Shown one piece after another: positions 1-8,416 of a stretch of 26,412 nucleotides of DNA. A model generated the notes under the pieces. That model did no database searches. It worked only from the letters and a program-made list of their open reading frames with translations, and was not told the DNA's origin. Positions within the stretch are counted from its first letter, which is position 1. Each line of letters opens with the position of its first letter. The DNA is from an uncultured Moorellales bacterium (GTDB taxonomy: Bacteria; Bacillota; DULZ01), in contig CAZCQT010000001.1 in NCBI GenBank assembly GCA_964500905.1, positions 1 to 26,412 on the forward strand. Reading direction: 5' to 3'. The translations under genes and the position numbers were made by a program.

Positions 1-2
1 AA

Positions 3-1055
3 AAGCAGTTGGAAATCTTTTATTCTCTTGATTCAAATCAATATACTGCTTTAGAATCTACACCCAAAATTGAGGCTTTTAATGGGGACGCCTTAGAGGG
101 TTATTCCCTATATTCTGCCTCCTATAATACGCCCAACAAGGAATTAAGGCGAATGACTGTGGATTTTATAGAAAAGAATGTGGATATGCCGGGCAGCTTA
201 CGACTAATTCTAAAAGTTTATAATAATGAGCGGACTAATACCGGTAAGAAACCCATGCCTCTTGACCAAGAAAAAAACGTTTTTTTGGATGATATGCCGA
301 ATATTGAACCTGTTTATATTGCAGAATTTACATTTCTGCTGGAATTCGACCCTAACTACACAAGCCTAGGTAAACATATTATCCTTGATGAGACTTTTGA
401 TATAGAAGGACAAAAATTAAACATTAGCGATCTGGAAATCTACCCCACACATTTAAGATTAAACTTAGAAGCTGATACTAATAACACTGCATGGCTGAAA
501 TCATTGGATTTTTATCTTGAAGATGAGCAAGGTAACCGTTTTGAACCAATTTCCAATGGCATTACCGGTACGGGTTCCAAGGATTCACCAATGATGGAAT
601 CCTTTTGGTTGGAAAGCCCCTTCTTTTATGAATGCAAAGAGTTGACCGTTTATATAACCGGTGCAACCTGGCTTGATAAAAACCTTGGTAAGATACGTTT
701 AGATTTAAAGCATGAAACCGCTGATTTTCTACCCCAAGGTGTAGTATTGGAAAGTGTTGAACAAATAGATAAAAATTGGCTGTTGGCTTTCTCTGCTGCG
801 GAATTCAAAAAAAATCACTCGCATCAACTATGGGAACATAATTATTATGACGAGGAAGGTCAGGAATATTTTATAGGGGGATCTTCAACCATAACGGGTG
901 CATCTTATGGGGAACTCACCGACAAGTATATAGAAGACCAAAGATTCATAGTTAGATTTGCACTTAAGGATTATACTTACGATATAGTATATCTTTCCCC
1001 TGCTTATTCACAGGTGGTTAAACTTTCCACCCCCATTGAAATTAAACTAAAGTAA
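3..1055 (+). CDS. 5'-truncated DUF4179/DUF5643-like extracytoplasmic protein (possible anti-sigma-factor type), C-terminal part
   Basis: The frame is open back to the window edge (aag cag ttg...), so the TTG at 9 is probably internal. Segments such as 'DETFDIEGQKLNISDLEIYPTHLRL' and 'DFYLEDEQGNRF' resemble the beta-rich domains of DUF4179-family proteins. Recognised by eye only. Confidence 0.5.
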   Translation, partial: KQLEIFYSLDSNQYTALESTPKIEAFNGDALEGYSLYSASYNTPNKELRRMTVDFIEKNVDMPGSLRLILKVYNNERTNTGKKPMPLDQEKNVFLDDMPNIEPVYIAEFTFLLEFDPNYTSLGKHIILDETFDIEGQKLNISDLEIYPTHLRLNLEADTNNTAWLKSLDFYLEDEQGNRFEPISNGITGTGSKDSPMMESFWLESPFFYECKELTVYITGATWLDKNLGKIRLDLKHETADFLPQGVVLESVEQIDKNWLLAFSAAEFKKNHSHQLWEHNYYDEEGQEYFIGGSSTITGASYGELTDKYIEDQRFIVRFALKDYTYDIVYLSPAYSQVVKLSTPIEIKLK

Positions 1056-1090
1056 TTTTTAAAAACATAAAAAAACCCTCTTTTAAAAAA

Positions 1091-1132
1091 CAAACCTATA
1101 TAGATCGGTGGTATGTGCTACCGATCTGTTTG
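1091..1132 (+). other. Stem-loop: possible terminator of the upstream gene or leader structure of the cyclase gene
   Basis: AGATCGGTGG (1102-1111) pairs with CTACCGATCT (1118-1127), 10 bp with one G-U and a TATGTG loop. CAAAC (1091-1095) and GTTTG (1128-1132) can extend the stem past a bulge. The U-tract is weak. Confidence 0.45.
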
Positions 1133-1247
1133 AATTTCCAGTCTACGGATCAAACATGACAACAAATAAAGCATGTCCCCACGTGCACCACGGCACTAAG
1201 AATTAAAGGTGAAACAGTCTATGATTTTAGAGGATTTAAGCCTTTTG

Positions 1248-1276
1248 TGACGTATATGACGTATATATGATGTATA
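1248..1276. repeat. Triple direct repeat TGA(C/T)GTATA
   Basis: TGACGTATA (1248-1256), TGACGTATATA (1257-1267), TGATGTATA (1268-1276), ending about 70 nt upstream of the ATG at 1349. Confidence 0.7.
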
Positions 1277-1348
1277 TGCTTTATGCTGTCCAATAACCTT
1301 AAACTACTAAATCCAATACATTAGAAATGCTTCCTGGGGAGAGAAATC

Positions 1349-3103
1349 ATGATAGAAAAAACCCGTCACAATTTAAATTACGATGTAACCAGCACCTCAA
1401 AAATTAAATTTAATTTTAATAAATTAGTATATTCGCTATTGATAAGCTGGACTATACTGCTTGTTCTTTTTTTAGGTTGGAATTGGACTCAAATTAGTGA
1501 CGGCATTTATAAAGAAGCAGTAATAGCCTTACGAATGGCCTCCGATAATGATCTTTCCTTTCGGGCATGGGCTACGGATCATGGAGGCGTTTATGTTCCC
1601 ATTATACCCGGAACAGAGCCTAACTCTTTTCTTTCTCACCTGGATAATCGCGATATTACCACTACAAAAGGCATGAACCTTACCTTACTTAACCCTGCAT
1701 ATATTATGCGGCAAGCCTACCAGGTAAGATTAGACAACACAGGAGTCCGCAACAGATTGACCAGTCTGGACCCCATAAACCCAGTCAACACACCGGATTC
1801 CTGGGAAAAAGAAGCTTTATTGATGATAAAAAATGATAGTAGTATTGAAGAGGTTCATGCCATAACCGATTTTAATCAAGTACCCTCTATAAGACTGATA
1901 AAACCTTTTTATGTTGAGGAAGGGTGTCTAAAATGCCATGCACACCAAGGCTATCAAATTGGAGATTTACGTGGGGCCATTAGTGCAACAACACCTTTGG
2001 AACCATATAACTCCCTGATACATGCTCGAAGCTTTTCACTTTTACCTGGTTATGGGCTGATCTGGATTGTTGGATTAATTGGTATTTACTTAGCCGTTTC
2101 ACGTATTCAAGCATCATCCTCAGCACTGAAGGACAGGGAGGCTCGAAGCAGAGCCATGCTTCAAGCCATACCAGATATGTTTTGTCGTTATAGTGTAGAT
2201 GGAAGGTATTTAGATATTGAAATTAAAGAAAATTTTCCTGCCTACGAATTGATACTGGAAAAGGTTAAAAATAATAAGTTTATTGGACAAGATGTTGCTT
2301 CTGTTTTACCGATAGAAAATGCTAAAAAAATAATAGGAGCAATTAAAGATGCTGTTTCTACAGGTGAAATGCAAATAGTTGAACACAACTGCACAACCCA
2401 GCAAAAACAATTTTATTTCGAGGAACGTTTGGTTTTAGTATCTGAAAAGGAAGTCATTTCTATAATTAGGGATATAACTGAGCAGAAAAATTCTGAGTTA
2501 AAATTGGAATATCTAAGTTACCACGACTCCTTAACCAGGTTACACAACAGATACTATTTTGAAAGGGAACTAAAAAGATTTGAGATAAGTGAAGAATATC
2601 CAATTAGCATTGCTTCTATTGATGTAAATGGACTTAAACTAATCAATGATACCTTGGGGCATGTTGCCGGGGATTCTCTATTGGTAAACTGTGCAAAAGT
2701 GTTAAGACAATCCCTACGAGTTTCGGACGTATTAGCCCGAGTGGGAGGGGATGAATTTGTGGCGATTCTGCCCAACACAAATGAGCAAGTCTGTCAACAA
2801 ATTATCCAAAGGATTAGGGACAATGTACAAGAACAAAATAAAAAAACCCCTTCATTGCCCCTTAGCCTGTCCATAGGGATAGCCACAGCAATTTCGGATT
2901 CCGAAAACTTAATGTTTATCTACAAAAGGGCCGATGACGCCATGTTTAAAGAAAAACGAAAAAGTAGTGTCAGGGAAAACAACAATATCATAAGATCCTT
3001 GCTGGCATCTCTCGGAAAAAATGAGGACAATTTGTGGCTACCAACAAAAGAGGCAATATCACCTGCCGACATATCAACAACAGAAAAAGATGGTAACCCT
3101 TAG
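1349..3103 (+). CDS. Membrane diguanylate cyclase: TM, DUF3365 (Tll0287-like) heme c sensor, TM, PAS, GGDEF
   Basis: GGGGAGAG RBS. Two TM helices flank a domain with 'LLNPAYIMRQ', 'RLTSLDPINPVNTPDSWE' and CxxCH 'CLKCH'. PAS start 'AMLQAIPDMF'. 'HDSLTRLHNR', intact GGDEF, and I-site RxxD (RVSD). Confidence 0.9.
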   Translation: MIEKTRHNLNYDVTSTSKIKFNFNKLVYSLLISWTILLVLFLGWNWTQISDGIYKEAVIALRMASDNDLSFRAWATDHGGVYVPIIPGTEPNSFLSHLDNRDITTTKGMNLTLLNPAYIMRQAYQVRLDNTGVRNRLTSLDPINPVNTPDSWEKEALLMIKNDSSIEEVHAITDFNQVPSIRLIKPFYVEEGCLKCHAHQGYQIGDLRGAISATTPLEPYNSLIHARSFSLLPGYGLIWIVGLIGIYLAVSRIQASSSALKDREARSRAMLQAIPDMFCRYSVDGRYLDIEIKENFPAYELILEKVKNNKFIGQDVASVLPIENAKKIIGAIKDAVSTGEMQIVEHNCTTQQKQFYFEERLVLVSEKEVISIIRDITEQKNSELKLEYLSYHDSLTRLHNRYYFERELKRFEISEEYPISIASIDVNGLKLINDTLGHVAGDSLLVNCAKVLRQSLRVSDVLARVGGDEFVAILPNTNEQVCQQIIQRIRDNVQEQNKKTPSLPLSLSIGIATAISDSENLMFIYKRADDAMFKEKRKSSVRENNNIIRSLLASLGKNEDNLWLPTKEAISPADISTTEKDGNP

Positions 3104-3113
3104 TTTCCTTGAT

Positions 3114-6100
3114 TTATTGACTGCCTGTTCTTAGAATTTTTTCAATTTCCGAGGCAGGCATTGGCTTGTAATATAAATAGCCTTGAGCCTCATCGCACAT
3201 TTTTTGATTAAGAAATTCCAGTTGAGTGTTAGTTTCTACCCCTTCCGCCAACACCTCAAGACCAAGGCTTTTTGCTAATTTGATAATAATTTTTGTAATA
3301 GCCTGATCCTTTTCACTACCCTCTATGCCCTGCACGAATTGCATATCAATTTTTATACGATCAATTGGCAGCATTTTTAACCGATTAAGGGATGAATACT
3401 CTGTGCCAAAATCATCAATAGAGATTGACACCCCTAGTTTTTTTAATTTATTCAGTGTATCTACTGTGAAACCGGCCTCTTTTGTAGCAATACTTTCAGT
3501 AATCTCCAACTCAAGGTATTTTGAATCCAGACCAGTTTCCTGAAGTAATTGCTCTACCATTTTCACAAAACGTGGATTGCTAAATTGTATAACAGATAAA
3601 TTAACCGCCATTCGCAAAGGAATCAAACCCTGATCCTGCCACCTTTTATTCTGATTGATGGCTGTTTTTAGAACCCATTCCCCTATGCTATTGATCAAAC
3701 CATTGTTTTCCGCCAAAGGGATAAAAACCGCCGGCGGTATCATTCCCATTTCAGGGTGCTGCCAACGTAGCAGAGCCTCCAAGCCTATAATTTTACCTGT
3801 TTGCATCTTGACTTGAGGTTGATAATAAACAGCTAATTCACCTCGCTCCAAAGCCCTGTAAAGATTATTAGAAAGCATAATATTTCTCCTGACTTCTTCT
3901 TTCATCACAGCAGTGCATAATACATATTGGTTTTTACCTTTGGATTTAGCTTTATACATTGCAATCTCTGCATTCTTAATCAAGGTTTCCGTGTCCTCAC
4001 CATCAATTGGGTAAACCGCAACACCGGCACTGGCTGTGATATAAAATTCCTGACCATTTAAATCAAAGGGTTTTGTAAAGATCCCCATAATATCATCAGA
4101 AACCGTAATAATATCCTCGGGGTTCCCTATATTATTAAGCATAATTAAAAACTCATCTCCACCAAACCTTGACACTGTATCTGTTTTACGTAAACGATCC
4201 ACCAAACCTTGAGCGACCTCTTTAATAATGGTATCCCCGGCACCATGCCCCATGGTATCGTTAATAGACTTAAAACTATCTAAATCCATCAATAAAACCC
4301 CAATAAGCTTTTCAGTCCTTTTAGCCAAATTAATGGCCTGAGTCAGTCTGTCAGAAAACAAAATGCGATTCGGCAGAGTAGTCAAAACATCATAATAGGC
4401 CATAAATTCAATTTCTTTTTCGGATTTCATTTTTATAAAGCCGTTAGCCAACAGATTGGATAAGATATCCAACAACTCAAAGCTTTTTGGGTACCAATGT
4501 TTAGTGGAAGCAACGGTATCTAAACCAATAAAACCAATCAAATCGCCATTTTCTTCGATGGGAAACATTACTACGGTTTTATTATCTAATCGATTGAGTA
4601 GGGCTATTTCCTCCCTGGCTTCGTCGGGCAATTTTTTCACATCTTCAATATAAATTGGTTGTTTGCCTTGAAATTGCTGTACCCACCATGGGAATCTATC
4701 CTTGGGTATTTCTCCGTTGATACTCGTTTGATAATAGATGTCTGCTTTGCACCATTCATAACCATAGGACAGGGTCTGCTTTTCGTCGTTGATTAAAACA
4801 ATGTAGGCCCGATCCACATCAAAAAAGTTACCTATCTTTTCTAGGGCACTATTAATTTTATCATCGCTGCTGGCTTGGCTGACACTAACAAAATCAAATG
4901 ATACTTCGGAAACAAGCTTTTGAAAATTAGCTTGGTAGATGTTCTCTCTTAGCCTTCTAAGGTAAATTTTATTAATGGCCGAACCCATCCAAAAAGCTAT
5001 CAAAAACATACCTATACGCAATAGATAATCCAAATTGTGAGCATTAAGCGGTTCCTGGGCTGTTATTTGCCACAATAGAACCTGGGTAGCGACTATAACG
5101 GCGGTCATGATGATTAGAGGAAGTCTCGTGTTAAAAACAAGGGAAGCTATCATTAAAATAATGGGTAAGGCCCAAACCATGGTTGCCGCTGCTGTTTTAA
5201 TAAATATCAACATAACTATCGGTATGGAGGAAACCAAAGTTGACATGATCAGCAGGTCTTTAACCCTTTTATTTTTAACTAGCTGAAGAGCCAATATTAA
5301 GGCACCTATAATAAATAAGATGCCGCTGGCGAACAAAAAACCACCCGGCGATTCTCCGCCACGATCCATTCGCGAGAAAAAGTAGGATGTAAAACTAATA
5401 CTGCTGGCAGCCAAAAATGTAACTGCTATATGATAGTATAATATCGCCCGAGTTTTTACGCTTAGGATCAAAGTTTTATTCTCATCCTCAACTATTTCTA
5501 CCATTAGGCCATAACGCTTCATGGAATAGTAAATTGCGGTAATGGGAATTAAAATAACCACGGGGGCCATCTGAGGAAGAGGGATTGGCAAATACGAAAC
5601 CAAGATGACATCAGTAAGACTGCCTAGAATCAGAGCCATTAGCATAGAGTTAAAGATCAACTTTGACTGCCTTTGAACACTTAATTCGGAAGAGCTTTTT
5701 CGCCAAAGACCTATAATTACTAAGGAAGAAAGCATATAAGTTCCATAATAGATATAGAAAAAAATATCCAGTCCATTCTTGACCGATATATTGATCCATC
5801 CATAATCCATTCTTATTAAATTATATTGGGCTGCTGTTAAGGTCGGGGAAAGAGCAAAGGCATAAACAGCTATTACAGCAGGAAGGTATAATAAGCAGAT
5901 AAAAATTCTTTTACTGATTATTTTATTTTTATTTGTAAGCACTAAAAAGAAATGCAACAAAAAAGCATACATGCTTCCCCAGCCAACAGCCGAAACCCTT
6001 CGCCAAAACAAGGCCGACTCTAAATTTTGTGCTGAGTTGGCAATTGAAAAACCGAAGGCCCAAAAAACCAGGGAAATGCTAATTGCAAAAAACAATTTAT

Positions 6101-6209
6101 TAACCGTAGCTGTGGGGTTTCGATAGATAATGTACGCCCCAAAAAACATATACATTGTAAAAACAGCGAAAAACATCAGTGAAAAAAACAGGGCAAAATC
6201 CATCGGCAT
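3114..6209 (-). CDS. Membrane c-di-GMP cyclase/phosphodiesterase: multi-TM N-terminus (HisKA_7TM-like), GAF, GGDEF, EAL
   Basis: AAGGGGG RBS. About 12 hydrophobic segments, then a GAF-like region. 'YDVLTTLPNR', GGDEF with RKTD I-site, EAL ('GLEALLRW'), 'ELEITES', 'IDDFGTEYSSL', 'KID', 'AEGVE'. Confidence 0.93.
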   Translation of the reverse strand: MPMDFALFFSLMFFAVFTMYMFFGAYIIYRNPTATVNKLFFAISISLVFWAFGFSIANSAQNLESALFWRRVSAVGWGSMYAFLLHFFLVLTNKNKIISKRIFICLLYLPAVIAVYAFALSPTLTAAQYNLIRMDYGWINISVKNGLDIFFYIYYGTYMLSSLVIIGLWRKSSSELSVQRQSKLIFNSMLMALILGSLTDVILVSYLPIPLPQMAPVVILIPITAIYYSMKRYGLMVEIVEDENKTLILSVKTRAILYYHIAVTFLAASSISFTSYFFSRMDRGGESPGGFLFASGILFIIGALILALQLVKNKRVKDLLIMSTLVSSIPIVMLIFIKTAAATMVWALPIILMIASLVFNTRLPLIIMTAVIVATQVLLWQITAQEPLNAHNLDYLLRIGMFLIAFWMGSAINKIYLRRLRENIYQANFQKLVSEVSFDFVSVSQASSDDKINSALEKIGNFFDVDRAYIVLINDEKQTLSYGYEWCKADIYYQTSINGEIPKDRFPWWVQQFQGKQPIYIEDVKKLPDEAREEIALLNRLDNKTVVMFPIEENGDLIGFIGLDTVASTKHWYPKSFELLDILSNLLANGFIKMKSEKEIEFMAYYDVLTTLPNRILFSDRLTQAINLAKRTEKLIGVLLMDLDSFKSINDTMGHGAGDTIIKEVAQGLVDRLRKTDTVSRFGGDEFLIMLNNIGNPEDIITVSDDIMGIFTKPFDLNGQEFYITASAGVAVYPIDGEDTETLIKNAEIAMYKAKSKGKNQYVLCTAVMKEEVRRNIMLSNNLYRALERGELAVYYQPQVKMQTGKIIGLEALLRWQHPEMGMIPPAVFIPLAENNGLINSIGEWVLKTAINQNKRWQDQGLIPLRMAVNLSVIQFSNPRFVKMVEQLLQETGLDSKYLELEITESIATKEAGFTVDTLNKLKKLGVSISIDDFGTEYSSLNRLKMLPIDRIKIDMQFVQGIEGSEKDQAITKIIIKLAKSLGLEVLAEGVETNTQLEFLNQKMCDEAQGYLYYKPMPASEIEKILRTGSQ

Positions 6210-6298
6210 AAGGCCCCCTTTGATTTCTCAAACAACTATTATTACTAATTAGAATAATAACTTGTTATTTCAACAAAATTCTACAAAATCCTTCCAAT

Positions 6299-6331
6299 AA
6301 AAAAAAGATAGCTGTAAATCCCAGCTATCTT
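6299..6331 (-). terminator. Rho-independent terminator of the 6370-7254 gene
   Basis: AAGATAGCTG/CAGCTATCTT stem (6305-6314/6322-6331). An A8 run on + gives a U8 tail on the minus strand, 39 nt past the stop codon. Confidence 0.85.
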
Positions 6332-6369
6332 GCTTGATAATAAAATAATACAAAGAAGGTTAATACCAA

Positions 6370-7254
6370 TTAACTATTTTCAACTAATTTTTCTTTAACT
6401 ATAGGCAGACTTAGTAACAAAAAAGCAACCAGAGCCAGTACCATGGCAATTTTGTAATCTGTGATATCTAAGTTTCCAACTATTAAAATGCCATTTCCAA
6501 TAATAGCCGCTGAAGAGCCCACTAGGCCTAAAAACCAGCCTTTTCTTATATTCCCCGTTAGATATGGAATCGCTATTATAATTATAACTACGGCTATCCA
6601 ATTAGTTACTGTTCCCACTGCCAGGGCTTTATCAATTATCTGGGGTTTATCTATTAAAGAGCTCCATAGGGCCCTAAGTGCAGTGTGACCGGTCATAAAG
6701 CTTAGGCCTGTAGCTATAATAAGGGAGAAGTAAAGGACAAATTCAACCAGTTTGTTTTTTAAATTAATTTTTTGGGATAACAAAATAATAAAGAAGGGTA
6801 TAATTCCTATTAAAAAAATTGATAGAGGATTGATTAATAATTCCTTGGCAAAAAAACTCATCTGCCCAATAGCGATCTCTCCGAACATAAGCCGTGCAAA
6901 AAAAGTAACCGGCCATATGGCATACATGCCGAAAATTGAGAGAAAAAACAATGCCCCCAATGCTGCCGATCTCCCTCTTCTTTCCCCCCTGGCTATCGGT
7001 AAAGCTGATAATAATAAGATTACACCTGCTACCACACTAAAACCACTCCAAATAGGATACCAAATAGATACCAAGTTGGGAGCCGCAATAATATTTGGTC
7101 TATTTAACATTTCCATTGCCATTGAGGCATTTTTGGTGACTAGATTTGCTACCTTCATAGCTAACTCGGGCACAACAATAATTGCCAGCAAACCGGCAAT
7201 AACCGCTATTGTCGCCATGATTCTTCGCCCCAGCTTGGTTGTACTATTAAGCAT
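6370..7254 (-). CDS. Hypothetical polytopic membrane protein (about 8 TM)
   Basis: Long hydrophobic ORF. The likely start is ATG 7254 behind GAGGTGA rather than 7287. Followed by a terminator. Confidence 0.8.
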   Translation of the reverse strand: MLNSTTKLGRRIMATIAVIAGLLAIIVVPELAMKVANLVTKNASMAMEMLNRPNIIAAPNLVSIWYPIWSGFSVVAGVILLLSALPIARGERRGRSAALGALFFLSIFGMYAIWPVTFFARLMFGEIAIGQMSFFAKELLINPLSIFLIGIIPFFIILLSQKINLKNKLVEFVLYFSLIIATGLSFMTGHTALRALWSSLIDKPQIIDKALAVGTVTNWIAVVIIIIAIPYLTGNIRKGWFLGLVGSSAAIIGNGILIVGNLDITDYKIAMVLALVAFLLLSLPIVKEKLVENS

Positions 7255-7340
7255 ATTCTCACCTCTTTCCAGTTTAATCTTTGGCATTGTTGCAAAACTT
7301 GCCTATTATATTAAGCTTAAGAAATAAAGTACAAAAAGTC

Positions 7341-7387
7341 TTTGCCTTAGGGCATAAAAAACCGATTAAAAACAATTTTGCCTTAGG
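7341..7387. repeat. 11-bp direct repeat TTTGCCTTAGG (two copies, 36-bp period) in the divergent promoter region
   Basis: Exact copies at 7341-7351 and 7377-7387. Confidence 0.65.
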
Positions 7388-7425
7388 AAATGAGGCTGTA
7401 AAGCACCATCCCTCCGAAAAAGATA

Positions 7426-7434
7426 TGTTATAAT
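7426..7434 (+). promoter_or_regulatory. Extended -10 promoter element (TGnTATAAT)
   Basis: TGTTATAAT at 7426-7434, 48 nt upstream of the ATG at 7483, which has a TAAGGAGG RBS. Confidence 0.65.
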
Positions 7435-7482
7435 ATAAATGCAATAAAAAAACCATTTTTATACCAGTAAGGAGGAAATTAA

Positions 7483-8235
7483 ATGCGTGCACAAATAACT
7501 TTAACATCCAGCGAATCAAAAAGACTTATAGCTAAAGGTGTTGCGGCCTTACCAAGTATTCAAAAGGCCCTTAAGAATTATACCATTATTTTGGCAGGGG
7601 GAACTACTAACGCTTTTATCGCTGAAGAATTGCTGGGACAAACCATTGAAAAAAAGAGCACCTATTCCGTTGGCATTATAACCGAAGGCAAAACGGGAAT
7701 CAGCACTGAAGAAGGACGAATCAACCCCTATGTCATAACAAAAGGAAAGACTAGGGAAAAAGACTATCATTGGAAGGCTTATTTAGAAGAAATGGCACCG
7801 GGGGATATTTTTATTAAAGGGGGCAATGCAATAGATCACACCGGGTTAACAGCTGTATTATCCTCTAATGCCCTAGGGGGTACAATAGGTGCTGCTTGGG
7901 GACCTGTAATGAAAAGAGGTGTTGAACTAATTGTTGCTATAGGGCTTGAAAAGCTCATACCGGATGTGCGAGCAGCGGTGGAGCTCCTAGCTGTTTGCCC
8001 CGCTGATAAAGCAATCGGTAATCGAGCCACTCTCATGCCAATGATGGGAGCCACTGCAGTCACTGAAATTACCTCCTTAAAAATTCTTTATGGTATTGAA
8101 GCAACCTGTATAGCCTCAGGAGGTATTGCAGGCTCCGAAGGATCTGTAACCTTAATACTAACAGGGACAGAAGAAAAAATAGGCCAAGCCTTTGCTGATA
8201 TTCTCGCCCTAAAAGGCGAGCCCCAAGTCAGCTAA
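7483..8235 (+). CDS. Conserved hypothetical cytoplasmic protein, possibly NagB/RpiA/CoA-transferase-like alpha/beta fold
   Basis: Strong RBS. Motifs 'GGTTNAFIAEEL', 'DIFIKGGNAID', 'GGTIG' and 'IGLEKLIP'. The fold assignment is inference. Confidence 0.75.
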   Translation: MRAQITLTSSESKRLIAKGVAALPSIQKALKNYTIILAGGTTNAFIAEELLGQTIEKKSTYSVGIITEGKTGISTEEGRINPYVITKGKTREKDYHWKAYLEEMAPGDIFIKGGNAIDHTGLTAVLSSNALGGTIGAAWGPVMKRGVELIVAIGLEKLIPDVRAAVELLAVCPADKAIGNRATLMPMMGATAVTEITSLKILYGIEATCIASGGIAGSEGSVTLILTGTEEKIGQAFADILALKGEPQVS

Positions 8236-8263
8236 AATAAAATTTACACATATTTGGTTCAAA

Positions 8264-8387
8264 AGCCACTGAACTGCCGACCGATTTTTACATTATTTTT
8301 AAATAAGGTTAAAAAACCTGCCTGCTTTGATCCTTGTGGAATTTCTAGCAGACACCATTCAAATCCGAACACACAGTTTCAGTGGCT
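8264..8387 (-). ncRNA. Candidate structured RNA or miniature inverted-repeat element
   Basis: Terminal inverted repeat AGCCACTGAACTG (8264-8276) / CAGTTTCAGTGGCT (8374-8387), with further internal stems. Strand inferred from G-U versus A-C pairing. Confidence 0.35.
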
Positions 8388-8416
8388 CCAACTATTTTCG
8401 CCTTATTTTGTATCCC

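Noticed and set aside
6752-7327. 191-aa + strand ORF and the other short opposite-strand ORFs in the track (for example 16242-16805, 17918-18295, 9375-9692)
   Set aside because: They lie antisense to well-supported genes, have no recognisable motifs and lack convincing RBSs, so they are shadow ORFs.
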